Positions 14,485 through 28,190 of a stretch of DNA of 62,774 nt are shown piece by piece. Below the pieces are notes generated by a model, which saw nothing but the letters and a program-made list of their open reading frames with translations, had not been told where the DNA came from and did not search any database. The position numbers were made by a program, and so were the translations under genes. Position 1 is the stretch's first letter; the number at the start of each line of letters is the position of its first letter. This DNA is from Mizuhopecten yessoensis (taxonomy: Eukaryota). The DNA is taken from the NCBI RefSeq assembly GCF_002113885.1, contig NW_018405634.1, positions 37,134 to 99,907 on the forward strand, read 5' to 3'.

Positions 14485-14654
14485 CTTGGCAAATCAAATG
14501 GTTTGATGTATTATTGGTGAGATGCAAATTAACGTTAATGTATGCCAGAAACAGCTTCCTTGTGCCAAACTCGTAAACAGGATGTTGTTCATAAACTGTA
14601 TTTGTTGAGTTGCCTTCATAGGTCATTGTTGTAATGAATTTCAATTTCAAGCAA
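14485..14654 (-). CDS. Possible isolated coding exon, unknown product
   Basis: Acceptor tttgcttctcag, 170-nt open frame (CLKLKFITTMTYEGNSTNTV...HLICQ) and donor CAAG|GTAATG. No homology recognised. Confidence 0.25.
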
Positions 14655-14911
14655 CTGAGAAGCAAATACAGATACAGAAGTTAAAACTGTTTTTTTTTCC
14701 TAATTCCCGAAAGTCAAACCGCCTGCGATTACAAGTCACAGTAGTCATGTTATTGATAATTAATTCAACCTCTTTCATTTTTAGAATATAAATTCATTCG
14801 GTAAGAACTGTACAGCGGTTATCTTTTATCCCGTTAACTTGATAATTTATTAATATTTTCTACGAATATTTTTTCACATGACTAAACTTAAATTGACTTT
14901 TTAGCAAATAT

Positions 14912-15030
14912 AGGCATTTGTTAACCTGGGAAATGATGATATTACCTTCGGTCTTCGGCCTCTGGGAATATCATCTCTTTCCTGGGTTAACACATATCCA
15001 TGTTAGCATACACACTATGCCAATAATTGT
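14912..15030. mobile_element. Long-hairpin terminus of a non-autonomous element
   Basis: TGTTAACCTGGGAAATGATGATATT..CTTCGG..AATATCATCTCTTTCCTGGGTTAACA imperfect palindrome. Confidence 0.55.
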
Positions 15031-16429
15031 AATGTCGATTCGCCATAAGTCGCAAACCAAATAAGTCACTTAGAAGTAAATGACTTTGAACATAAACTTG
15101 TGTGAAAAATGGTATGCTCATTTTAAAACCAAATTAAATTTACTTTCAAATGCGAATTTATGTTCACATTTTCAGTATTTTTCTTTCTGGTGGATGCCTT
15201 GTCATGTAAAAACAAGTCGCAACATCGTAAAACATTAAAACGTGGGACGGCACAGTATATATAACATCAGCAAACAATAGGATTGGGTGTTTTATGTGGA
15301 ATCTACGGGTAATACACACACCAAAGCTTTGATAAAGTTGTAGCATGTACAGATAAGGAAAATTCAATAGGTGTCTAGCCACAGAAACATCGCTACTATT
15401 TCAATCCCTGCAAACTGCCACTGCCACAGTGAATTTGTTAGCTTGAACAGCATTTACAAAACAAAACAAAATAAATGAGTATGACTAAACCTCTATTTAT
15501 TGTCGATGTCAAGTAACATCAATACAAACCTTGTTTACTTCTTCATATTTCGCTGGAATTAAAGGTCTCATAAAAATGGCAAATACACATTTTGTCAAGC
15601 AAGAAGACTGTACTGAAAAGTGACTTTGTGAGTCAGCAGGTAGGAATCTGACCTAGAATAAGAGATATTTCTAGATGAATATAATCTGATGCAATGTTTA
15701 CTACCATTCGTCGGTTCTGTTCAAAAGTGTTTTGATGTTCCAGGTGTTACACACTGTAAACGTGTGCTGCTGAGGCTGTTAAAACAGGGGTTGTGACAAA
15801 TATAACCTGTGCTACACCATTAACAAGTGGTGTAACACCTGCCATTGTTATAATGCCAGTTCATTTCTGGATATTTACTAGATAGCGAAACAGTAAAATC
15901 AATCTGAGAATATTTTCATATATTCAAGTTTATTTCCATTTCAGCATAAAATTATATATTTATTAAAACAACGTGCTATATCATGGTAATATAAAAGATA
16001 ACATTGAGATGAAATATACAAAACTTACCTATCGTTACTAAGGGGTGGCACGATTTACCCAAAAAGACCAAAAACACCCAAAAACACCCAAAAACACCCA
16101 AAAACATCCAGATAAGACCACAAAAAAACACAGACGACACTTAAATAATATTCAGTTAACATTATAATGTAGTAACCTAATTTTCTGCATCAACTGTCAA
16201 GTCCTCCAATTCGAATTGAGAGAGTATGTTATATGTGAAAACGCTAAATAGATTGAAATAATCAGAACCTTAAAAAAACAAGTACGAATTTAAAACATCA
16301 AACAATATCCTCTTTAGCGCAAATGCACTCATCAAATACAAAATAAACATAGGCTACCTATGTCAAATAATGTGGAAAGAGTGAGAAAAATACATCGATC
16401 TTCTGAAACTCGTAAGAAACATCCTTCAA

Positions 16430-16590
16430 ACTGTATATGTGCATATCTAAATATTAACAGTTTGAGACATAAATTTGGATATATATCAAACTCGAGCTCC
16501 TTGACCATTATATTGTTGACTTACTTATTATATCCGAAACAAAATTAGACGAAAGTTTCCCGGACCCGCAATTCAATGTAAATAATTACC
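16430..16590 (+). pseudogene. Fragment of a LINE AP-endonuclease N-terminus
   Basis: CAYLNINSLRHKF, then after a frameshift VDLLIISETKLDESFPDPQFNV. Confidence 0.7.
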
Positions 16591-18239
16591 ACATTATTTC
16601 CACATTAAGAGCTTGAAAAAAACCACAATGATCTATATAATTAGAAATAAGCATTTGATCGAGACACAGATATTTAAATATTTGTTGAGCAATAAAGTAG
16701 CAGCTGGTAACATATCGTGCAGGGCATCATTTCTGTATCAGCTGCTACTCAGTATCGAAGCGATTATGATAATGATGTCATCGCTAAGTCAAATTTTATC
16801 CACAGGCTATGCTGTTGCGAACTTAACTAAAATAGTCATGTAGAGCTAATATAAAGGTATCTGCTAAGCGATTGGTCGGGTATTTTTTTACCTGAGACCA
16901 ATCAAATTACTCGCCGAATGGGTTCAATTTTGCCATACATATTCCAGGGGTACAGAGACAGTAAGTGATATCGATTCTTAGACGATCGGTATTGCGTATC
17001 ATATGTACAAATAAAGGTTATCACAAGAATCTCGACCATTACTCTAATGTCATGTCGAGGGAAAGTATTCACATATACATCAATTATACATTCACGCCTA
17101 ACACAAGTATCGGATGAAGCTAACATATCGACGAGTCCTGGAAGGATGGAAAAGCTGTAGGATTGAGTGTAGATCATTGGTGGCATAGTGTATTTATAAC
17201 CAGTTTTTGTAAAGATACAGGGTGGAAGATCGTGCTAGTGGATCCTTGATAGCTACAGTATTGTTTTCGGGGGCATGGTGACATATTATACACACTTTAC
17301 TCGTTATGTAATTTGAAAATAAATTGACCTCTCGAGTTTTTGCTGTTCATATTATTTAGAGGTTGTATGCACCTCAGTAGTACAACAGTAGTTTAGAACA
17401 CTTTGGATGGTGAACTTTTTCGACCCAGTATCACTGATAATTCCTAGAACCCCACACATGTGTATTGTGCAGTGTCACTCATTCTCGGCGTACTGTCTTT
17501 AAAACCAAATTTAACGGGTGCAATCACCAAAAGACTATGTAAACTTGATTTTCTTTGGATCTGAAGTAATAAGTATCTGATTGATCAGTTTGTACTGTTC
17601 TCTCCAATTTGTACTGTTTGTGGAGCTACTGTTTATTAAGTAACGTATTGATATGTATGTGTACTTACTGATGGACCATAAGTCACCAAATCTACCATTA
17701 AATTGAGTTAATGTATATATCAGTCGCTGAAATTGTAGTTTTTAAGTCATAAACGAGGTCAAACTGTACATAACTTAAACATTTATATATTGGATATATT
17801 TACATATTGGATATATTTACAGTATTATTAAAATAAAAGTGTTACACGATAACGTCTTACTTAAACTCGAAAGAAAGATAAGTGTAATATTTGAGATTTA
17901 TGTTATTATTGTCTATTGCCTATTTACCTGATGCCTAAACCTAAAATTAAGATATTATAACTCTTGAGCATATAGTAAAAGCACACCTACGACGCCTCGG
18001 TTTCCTAGCATGTGGTACTTGTACTTGTATCACACATTGGCATACACTTTGAAGAACAATTTCAGTTACTAACATTAAGCTTAGTGATAATATTTTCAAT
18101 ATTGAATAATGTTAAATGTTTGTAGTGTCAGTGTCACACATTGGTTTATAGTGAGGACCACTTGTTACACACCTGGTAGTCTGATTGTATGAATAAAATC
18201 TTATAATTTCTGACATATTACAAGTGATGTGTTAACTTC

Positions 18240-20110
18240 ACTGGATGGTTTGTTAAATGAATGCTTTATTAACTGTGAAGAATTACTCCTTCCCAATTTG
18301 TGTATGTTGTTTAACAATATTTTAGAAGCCGGGTGTTTCCTGCGAATTGGTCATCTGCTATTATGATTCCTGTTCATAAAAAAGGTACACGTAATGACCC
18401 AATAACTTTGGAGGCATCAGCTTAATTAGCTTCTCTTAGTAAACTTTTTTTACTTCTATACTTAATAAACGTATTTTAGATGTTTGTACAAAATATGATA
18501 TTTTGACAGATGCTCAATTCGGATTTCGTCCGGAAATGAGTACGACAGATGCTATATTTGCATTACATACTATTATAACAAAAACATTGTCATCTAGGAA
18601 AAGATTGTATTGTTGTTTTGTAGATTTTCGCAAAGCGTTTGATTTTGTCGACAGGTTAAGCTCATGGCACAAGTTGACTAGACTTGGTATTCGAGGGAAA
18701 ATGATGTCTGTTATTAAGTCGCTTTATAAATCAGTCAAATCCTGTGTTTCAATTAATGGGAAATGCTCCAACTTTTTTGAAAACAATGTCGGTTTATTGC
18801 AAGGGTAAATTTTGTCACCATTACTGTTTTCACTTTTTATCAATGATTTTGAAATGTCCTTTATTAAAAAGGGTGCAACATATTTCGACTTCGGTGAGTT
18901 AAGTTTGTTTCTGTTAATGTACGCAGATGATTTGGTTATTTTTTCGGAATCTGTACAGGGCCTGCAGACTCTTCTTGCTAGCCAAAAATTGTAGTTTTTA
19001 GAAAAGGTGGAAGATTACATAATGATGAAAAATGGTATTACAAAGGAAGTAAAGTCGAATGTGTGGATCAAATTCCTTACCTAGGTGTTATTCTAAATTA
19101 TAAAAATAAATTCACTTCTATCCCAAAACAATTAGCTATCCAAGGATGAAAAGCTATGTTTGCATTATTTTCAAAGTGTTCATCATTAAACTTAAATGTA
19201 AAAACTATGCTACACCTTTTCGATACATATGTAAGCAGTGTCCTTTTTTTATGGAAGTGAAATTTGGTGTATGCATAAAGCTCCAGAGATTGACCATGTA
19301 CATTTACATTTTTGTAAGAAATTACTAAAAGTGAAGAAATCGGCCAATAACAACATGGTACATCTTGAATTGGGACGATTAGAATGATGAAATATTGGTT
19401 TAAGGTCTTAAAATCTGAAAATTGTATCATTTCCACTTCCTATAGATTTTTATTAAAATGTTGTAGTAAAAATGATTTCAACTGGGCTAAAGCCGTAAAA
19501 GATGAATTGAATAATCTAGGTCTTAGTGTGATGTTTGGTTAAATCCAAAATGTGTTATTACCATTGATAAAACAAATATTTTTTTATCAAGGCATACAAT
19601 CCCTAAGGGCCTCAATGGAAAACTCTCCAAAATGTTTATTGTATAAAAATATCATTGATTTTGGAGAATCATTACAATTTTACCTCACAAAATATATACA
19701 ATGTACCAATGAACTCGAATCCGTACATCTACACATTCTTTGGCTGTACAAGTTTGAAGGTATAATAATATACCTAGAGAACGTAGATATTGTAAACAGT
19801 GTAACTCCCCCTCTGCAGTAGAGGACGAATTTCATTTTTATTAGTCTGTTCTAAATTTCAAAATCTCTGATCACGTTTTATCAAAAGCTATTATTGGAAA
19901 AAAACATCTATGTTTAAAGCCGTTCAGTTATTGAGTGTCCATAATATTAAAGAATTGTGTATACTAGGAAAATTCATCTAAGAGGCAAACAAATTAAGGG
20001 TATTATATAATGGAATATGATTGTCTTCATTCTCTGTACATTGTTCATGATTTGTGTATAACATGTATTGCATACTGATGGGCCAATGGCCTAAAGTTCG
20101 AATAAAACTT
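18240..20110 (+). mobile_element. Decayed 5'-truncated non-LTR retrotransposon (RT + C-terminus; RTE-X-like)
   Basis: Motifs AQFGFR, CFVDFRKAFD, GLLQG*ILSPLLFSLFIND, LLMYADD and C-terminal RYCKQC...EDEFHF, with stops and frameshifts. The 3' end has AATAAA near 20101. Confidence 0.9.
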
Positions 20111-21296
20111 GAAGAAAAAGCTTCAAATATTTTTCGGATCTATTGGTAAATACGTGCATTGACGCAGTAATTACGTTTAATGACCAGTTTTTGACGCTTC
20201 AACCTAAGGTCAATACATATATGCAAGTGTATATAAGTAATATTTGACCGAATGGCATTTCTTGAGTTTTATATTTCCATAGTCGAGTGTTTGAATGATT
20301 AATATATTAGCTTAGTTTCAGGTTGACATTAATTCAGTGTTGTTCCCTTATAATGATGCTAACTTGCACATGTGCTTTCCTGCGAGATGCATATCATGGT
20401 CCCGTGTGAATTCCTGAATTTTTCTAACTGCTTAACCATCAGGTTGATTTATATCTGGTTTCAAATTTCAACTAAACAGTAACAAATACTGTTTCAGTTC
20501 CGATTCCCTCGTGTCGTCATGCTCTTTCAAAACTGTATGCCTAGATAGTCTGTAACTCATTTTAACCATATTTACAGGGTAAACACTGCGTTCCATTGTT
20601 TACAGTTGCATCGTCACGGTTTTCAGTACTGTGATCTTAATATGCAGCTGTGTAGTTCATATTGGCTTACGGTGTCCATTACCAAATTTTAAAGGTGCAG
20701 AAGTAATGATTGATTCATTTATTGTATGTATATTCAAATAAAATCCGTCAATGGTTTGCAGTGGTTTAATGCAAGAGGTCGTTTGGCTATTTCGGTTCAC
20801 AGTTTTGGAAAACCCTATAATTGGTTTCATTAACTTGGTTTATTAACAAGGCAATACATACTTTGTTCTTAATTATAATACGGTACATTCAAAATGTATT
20901 TTCAAACAAACAAAAGATAAAGATACCTCATGTGTGGTAACTTTGGTACGTGAGATGGCATGTTTTAAACTGCCCATAGCCCTTTTTAACCAACACTTTG
21001 TTACTTACAGCACCCCCTTAAGACTCTTTAGGGCATGAGCTTTAAAATTAAAAATTCCATTAAAGGGCTGCTTTATGTCCTAGCTATTGCTTTAATATAA
21101 AATGCATTAACTGACCAAATAAATGTAACAAAGACGTTCAATTAATGTGTATGTTATTTTCTCGTTAGACAGGATAGTTATGTAGATAACGTGAACTGTT
21201 TGGGGAGTGTTTCACCTACTTCAGGGTGGGTTGTATCCTAATAAACTGTGATACTATAAATAAAGGTGGCGCCAGGACTGCATCTCCCTGGGGGGG

Positions 21297-21395
21297 NNNN
21301 NNNNNNNNNNNNNNNNNNNNNNNNNNNNNNNNNNNNNNNNNNNNNNNNNNNNNNNNNNNNNNNNNNNNNNNNNNNNNNNNNNNNNNNNNNNNNNN
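21297..21395. other. Assembly gap flanked by G-runs (other gaps at 13343-13354 and 33347-33869)
   Basis: Runs of N. Confidence 0.99.
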
Positions 21396-22589
21396 NGGGG
21401 GGGTTGAATGTTTTATAAATGTTGCAGTTATATGGTCATAGTGACGTATGTATCAATAAAAACTATCTTCAGTATTTATTCATCGATAAAAGGCACTCAA
21501 TGTTGACGAGTGTTTTACTTTTTTATTCAGTTTGTTGAAGTCGAGCGTCGATGGCATACTTTATACATACACTTAACAGGAAATGGGATATACTTGAGAC
21601 ATCCCTAAATTGTTTATTTATTTTGTATCCGCTGGCATGGATTTGATTTATTCAGTTTTACGCCCTAATAACAGCTTAGGTTAATCGATGTGCCTCCATG
21701 CGTAAAGTGCATGTTTGCATGTCTGAAATACCACTTAAATACCACGCCGCAGGCACCCAGCACTGTATTCCACCAGGCCACATTATACTTACAAAGAAGT
21801 AACCAGTTGTTGACAAATTTATCAGGGAAGAACACCTAATAGTGTTTAGGGCGGTGGTATGTTCCGTCCTTGGGACAGAACATATTGCTTTCTTCAATTG
21901 GACGGAAGTTCGGCACCGAGGCTTAAACAAGATGAGGTATTGCAAGACAAGGTGTTAGGATACAGAACGGATATTACGAAGTAAAGAGGAAATATAAAAA
22001 TCCAAAACGTGGCGAAAGCTGGGTTTATTTCTAGATGTGTATGAGCCCAAGTAAACAAAAATGATTTTTTTATCCAAAACATAACATGTCACTGAAGAGC
22101 ACTTGGGTGAATATTTTGATCATTTCGTCAATTCATTGAAACCACTCTCTTTTGACACTGGACATATCACTAAATGTATCATTGCGTCGCTATATTTAAT
22201 TGCAGCAAGATAATTTTGCTGTACAAGTTAATAATGATCAATAAAACGAAAATAACATACTCATTATATCAGCGCTGAAGCCCATTTGGTTTTGTTATCC
22301 CCAAAAAGTTGAAAAAACTATACGGCAAAACAAGAAGCACCCACAGAAATATAAGGCATCAACATTATTGTGCATTCTCGTTGAGAAATTCCAATGGGGA
22401 GTCGGACATCATCAGCATCGCACGAGAATCTACATGTCATCAAGCCAACATCACCTGGACATCGCACGAGAATCTACATGTCATCAAGCCAACATCACCT
22501 GGACATTGCAAGTCATTCCTCTTTATCTAATGTCATTGAACGGTGAAGAGCATGTCACTGTCCATCGGACATTTTGTTATATCTCAGGA

Positions 22590-23790
22590 CATTGATATTC
22601 TGCCATATCGATGACCAAGTACTAGCTGAGCTTATAGCAACTGGCTATGAGTTATTCCACAATGCTAGACTCAACATACATGGTGGTGGGGTTGATGTTC
22701 TGTTTCAGAAAATGTGGGACATCTCTCTCCAGAACATGATGATGCAACCTCACGTTGAGCACATGACTTGTTTTTTTTATTGCTGGCGATAACTAATCAT
22801 ATTATGTGTCATTTACAGGCTTCCTCCATCTAAACATAACGGTTTCAGAAATGCCCTTGTTTTTTTTATAAAACATGTGAAAGAAGCTACACATTCCCAC
22901 GGCCACACACCAGATGTGGTCATTCCAAGGGAAGATAGCTCGGTCATGCATGACGCAATTTTATAGATGGATATATGGCTTAATGTTCATAGAAGGATCT
23001 ATAGATAAATGATGTAAAGGGAACCAATATGGTTATCATCTTGCTGTCGTACCAACGCTAAATTGAAATTAGCTAGATCGTGCAAGGAGGAGGTCACCTT
23101 CCGTAAATTCCGCAAAATTTCCACACAAGATGTCATCAATGACATGCGGTCTTCTTCTTTAGTCTACTGAAGGTGGAGTTCGTGATCTTGTTGTAGCGTA
23201 TATATCCGGTATGGAAGCGCTGATAGAGAAACACGTATATCTACAGACATGGAACAATTCCGGCTAGTTAGTTCACTTCTCATTCAATCCAGGAAGGCTT
23301 ATTTTTCGAAAAGAATCACATAATGTAGTGAGGACCATTAGCAGCCTTTTAGACGCACATAAACCATTATGTGTGAAAAAGACTTGTCCAACAAATTCAG
23401 TTACTACTTTCTGAATAAAATCAGCACGATCAGGAAAAATATTGGCGGAGTGCACTCTTCTGCTGACAATGATACCTCTGCCATGACTGCTGACATTACA
23501 TTTGATAGAGAACCATTCGCAAAGCGCTCACCAACAACACATGACAAGTTATGCAATATCATTATGACCTCGCAATCGAAGTCCTGTGAGCTGGATCCGT
23601 TTCCCACAGAGCTACTTACGCAATGTCTTGCCGCACTGCTTCCGTTGATTACCTCAATCATGAAAATGATATTGGCTGACTCAAAAGTTCCATTGTGTTT
23701 CAAGAAGGCTCACATGAAACCACTGCTGAAGAAGCCTGAAATTCACAAAGAGGAACCGAGTAACTACGCCCACTATCAAATCTATCTTAA
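22590..23790 (+). mobile_element. Decayed L2/CR1-type LINE (endonuclease and RT N-terminal fragments)
   Basis: Motifs GYELFHNAR..GGGV, CVIYRLP, THSHGHTPDVV and KSCELDPFPTELL...KPLLKKP...SNY. Confidence 0.85.
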
Positions 23791-25103
23791 GTTTATAAAC
23801 AACATAGCTTACATGATATAGACGTTTTCTTATATAACGTTAATATATGTTAAATTGGCTTACAATATGGATGGGGAAATTATTCAACAACATATGGGAA
23901 ATTCAAAAATTGCAGAACATAGAAAAGATTAGTTTACATTGTTGTCGTTGTTTGATATATTCGATTGATGGTCGATGGTTTAGCTATGTCTAGTTCTAGT
24001 ATCGAAGGGTTGATAGGTCGAATAACCAAAATTGTTCATGTGATGGTTCTTTCGTTTTCAGCTTGATAATTCGAAATTCAGTTATATAATTATAAACATA
24101 TCGGTTAGAATGCTGATATTTTACCTGGATGTTTTTTCACGGCAGGTTCTACATATTTCACATCCGCTCTAAATAAAAACCTGACACGTGACATTTTATA
24201 TCATCGCCAATCCATGTTAAGTAGGCGGGAAAGCAACCCGGTGGCCGTTTTGTCTATGTTTGTTCGTACTTTGGTGGCATCCTCTAAAGTATTGTCATCA
24301 CTTATATAACAGGAAAACGACACTAACTACAGATAATACTAACAATTAACCAAAGACAAAATGAAAACAAGCATTACAATTAGTATATCAAACAAACACA
24401 GAAGCAAAACATTTTGTTTATTGTTTGGTTGTTTATTTTTCTGGCTATTCGAGATAATTGAAACTTAATAGTGTGAATGTGTCATCATTATAGAAATTAA
24501 TTTTTTGTTCAATTCTCGCATAGTAGTAAATCTGAAGTGGCTGTGTTTATTCGAAAATTACCAATTCAACTAAAGTCCTTTGACTCAAAACAAAAGTGAT
24601 TGAGCTCTGGTCCGGATATTACATCAGGCTGATAGTGACCTTAGCAGAAGATTATGTTATCGTACACAAATATTTTACAAGTCCCCACATGCTTCTATTT
24701 CCGCTTGTTGACAACCTGACCTGACGTCTCGACAATGACCTTCCTCTACATAGGTCGCCTGTGTTGGTTACGTAAACAGAACATTATCGTTCTTGTTACT
24801 GACCTGTCCTGCTTTACACCCACATGTACAACACCTGTCTGTGTGCTGTAAATTTGAGCTCACATAAAATAGTATCATACATTTTTCCCTTTCATAGTAG
24901 AAAATCGTATCTACATAGAGTCTGAAACGATCCTCTGATCATTCCATTTGAAAGCATGAACAACAATCCTAGTTTGGAAATAAATATTAATTAATTTTGG
25001 CGATCTTGTTTAAAAGATTGTTTAGTGAAAAGTTGTCGTAGGTATCACCAGTGCCCTAAGGTTCAAAATTTAGTTCGTTGATTGCGCTATCGACCTAACC
25101 ATA

Positions 25104-25960
25104 AAGTCTGGTTCGTATTGTGAACTATCATTGTCAATACGAACATGTATAAAGTGTAGTTCGTATATGGAACACTCGTTCTCACCACAAAGTCTGGTTC
25201 GTATTGTGAAATGTCATTGTCAGTTCGAACAGTGCCCTGTGGTACATATAAAGTGTAGTTCGGTTATGGAACACTCGACCTCACCACAAAGTCTGAAATG
25301 TCATTGTCAGTACGAACAGTGCCCTGCGGTACATATAAAGTGTGGTTCGGTTATGGAACACTCGACCTCACCACAAAGTCTGGTTCGTATTGTGAAGTGT
25401 TATTGTCAGTACGAACAGTGCCATATGGTACATATAAAGTGTGGTTCGGTTATGGAACACTCGACCTCACCACAAAGTCTGGTTCGTATTGCGAAATGTC
25501 ATTGTCAGTACGAACAGTGCCCTGCGGTACATATAAAGTGTAGTTCGGGTATGGAACACTCGACCTCACCACAAAGTCTGGTTCGTATTGTGAACTGTTA
25601 TTGTCAGTACGAACAGTGCCCTGCGGTACATATAAAGTGTAGTTCGGTTATGGAACACTCGACCTCACCACAAAGTCTGGTGCGTATTGGGAAATGTCAT
25701 TGTCAGTATGAACAGTGCCCTGTGGTACAGATAAAGTGTAGTTCGGTTATGGACCACTCGACCTCACCACAGAGTCTGGTTCGTATTGTGAAATGTCATT
25801 GGCAGTAATAATAGTGCCCTGTTGTACATATAAAGTGTAGTTCGTATATGGAACACTCGTTCTCACCACAAAGTCTGGTTCGTATTGTGAAATGTCATTG
25901 TCAGTAATAATAGTGCCCTGTGGTACATATAAAGTGTAGTTCGATTATTAAACACTCGGC
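25104..25960. repeat. 99-bp tandem repeat, ~8.5 copies
   Basis: Unit AAAGTCTGGTTCGTATTGTGAAATGTCATTGTCAGTACGAACAGTGCCCTG...CTCACCAC. Confidence 0.95.
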
Positions 25961-26850
25961 ACTTTGTGTCTTGTGGTAGAAATCAGTATTTTTGTTAACA
26001 ATTAACGTCGGTATATTTTATACGTCCTCGGTCCTATGGACTTACTTCCAATGGCGGTCGATGGTAATTCTTTTCTTTTTTCATATTTGGAAAGATTTTC
26101 TATCACCGAAAGGTCAGTGAAACTAGTAGGATGTTGTCAATGGCTGCTAACGGATATCCTTATTACCTGAATGTTCTCGACAGTGTTGCTACAGTGTGTA
26201 CACTCTATGAGTTAAGGTTCTAAATGGATTTCAGATTCTTTAAATATCCTACCTAATTTTGGCATGGTTTCTCTGGCTCGGTTTTAAACGTCTTCAAAAA
26301 TGGTTATTCGTGCCTAAGAATTTGTCCTGAAGACGTGTTTCTAAAGTTCAGCACAACTAGCAGTTGACAAATTCAGATTTTGTTTTCTTCTTCAAATGTA
26401 TTTAAATTTTCATTTGAGCTACAACCCCAAATTACAATGCTTAGACAACGCAATACCTAATATTAAGAACTAACTAACGTTCGATTTAAATTACATAAAA
26501 GCATAACCACTCTATCAAAATACAAAAACGAGTATAGCAGTTTAAACTAATGACGTTCTAGTCCTATACCACTCATTGCCATTTCTAACAAACCTGATGA
26601 AGTTCTGACGGTTGTCAGCACAATTATTGCGTGTTACATGACCAAAACATTATTTGCTAAAGTTTAACATTCCCGCATAAGGGTATCCAAAGTTAAATCA
26701 ACATTAAATAAGAATGCCTCCCCAAATGCTCTCGATGTCGGGACGTTTTCGCCCACGTGACACACGAGTAACCTCGGAGAAACAAAGAACCATGTTTCCC
26801 TACCACAACGACGGTGATAAATGTTTAATATATTCCCAGAGGATGATACA

Positions 26851-27817
26851 AACAAGAGGCCCAGTGGACCTGCATCGCTCACCTGGTATAAATCTTACAC
26901 TTGTAACCTTAAAAGTGATCTAAAATAAAGCTACAGGCAAAATATCAGTATTTATGATTAAAATTCATTCAAAAGGTCCATTTATTTATTTTTTAAACAT
27001 TCCATCCCTGTGATTGAAAGTCGAACAAAGTCATTATGTTGAACAAATTCTATAGCCTTTCATCTCAGGATGCAATTTGCAAAGTATCAACATCCTGGGA
27101 CCCATGGTTATTCAGAAGAGGTCGTTTAAAGATTTTAAACAAATTTGACTCCTGTGACCTTGAATATTAGTCAAAGTCATTCACTTTAACAAACATAGTA
27201 GTCCTTGATCCAGCATGCTACTGACCAAATAGCAACATCCTGAGCCTTTTGGTTATTCAGAACGAGTTGTTTAAATATTTTGAACATATTTGCTCCTTGT
27301 GACCTTGAATATGGGTGAAGGTCATGCAGTTGAAAAAACTTTGTAGCCTTTCATCTCAGAATGCTACTGGCCAAATATCATCACCCTGTGCATTTTGGTT
27401 ATTCAAAAGAAGTTGTTTAATGTTTTTCACATATTTGACCCCTGTGACCTTGAATATAAGTGAAGGTCATTCATTTGAACAAACTTGGTAGCCCTTTACC
27501 CAAGCATGCTACTGACTAAATAGCAACATCCTGAGCCTTTTGGTTATTCAGAACGAGTTGTTTAAATCTTTTGAACATATTTGCTCCTTGGGACCTTGAA
27601 TATGGGTGAAGGGCATGCAGTTGAAAAAACTTTGTAGCCTTTCATCTCAGAATGCTACTGGCCAAATATCATCAACCTGGGCATTTTGGTTATTAAGAAG
27701 AAGTCGTTTAAAGTAAAATATTGACGCCGGACGACGGACGGACGACGGACGGACTGACGACGGCCGCCGCGCTACGGCATAAGCTCACTTGGCACTTCGT
27801 GCCAGGTGAGCTAAAAA
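26851..27817 (-). mobile_element. Full-length Helentron-associated non-autonomous element (CvA/pearl-type) with internal tandem repeats and GACG microsatellite
   Basis: Terminus AACAAGAGGCCC..CGCTCACCTG, several long internal repeats, (GACG)n, hairpin AGCTCACTTGGCAC-TTC-GTGCCAGGTGAGCT and an A-run. Confidence 0.85.
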
Positions 27818-28039
27818 TGCAACATGCATGTTATTGTGACGTCCATTTAAATTTTGTTTTCTTGGTCAGTAACATTTTATTAACATATGATTAACCTATT
27901 CGTACCAAGTGATTTTTATATCGTTCTCGTGCCCATTATTCATGTAAATGTCTGAAAAAATATGTCAGACTCGTTCAACGCGAAAACATCGATCATCATT
28001 TATTTATATATATTTAGTTATGTAACAGGGTTGATTTAT

Positions 28040-28190
28040 TTGCTCAATTAAAAGTATGCATGTAAAGGTTATTGCATGGTTTTCGAGTAACAAGGGATTT
28101 ATTACACCCGAGCGAAGCGAGGGTGTAATAAGTCCCGAGTGACGAGAAATCATGCAATAACTGGCTTACTGCATGCTTCCCAACTCGAAC
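28040..28190. mobile_element. Long palindromic hairpin element
   Basis: GTTATTGCATG..TTATTACACCC-GAGCGAAGCGA-GGGTGTAATAA..CATGCAATAAC. Confidence 0.65.

Noticed and set aside
18503-19821. Active reverse transcriptase gene
   Set aside because: In-frame stops and frameshifts and no endonuclease portion. It is a dead LINE copy.
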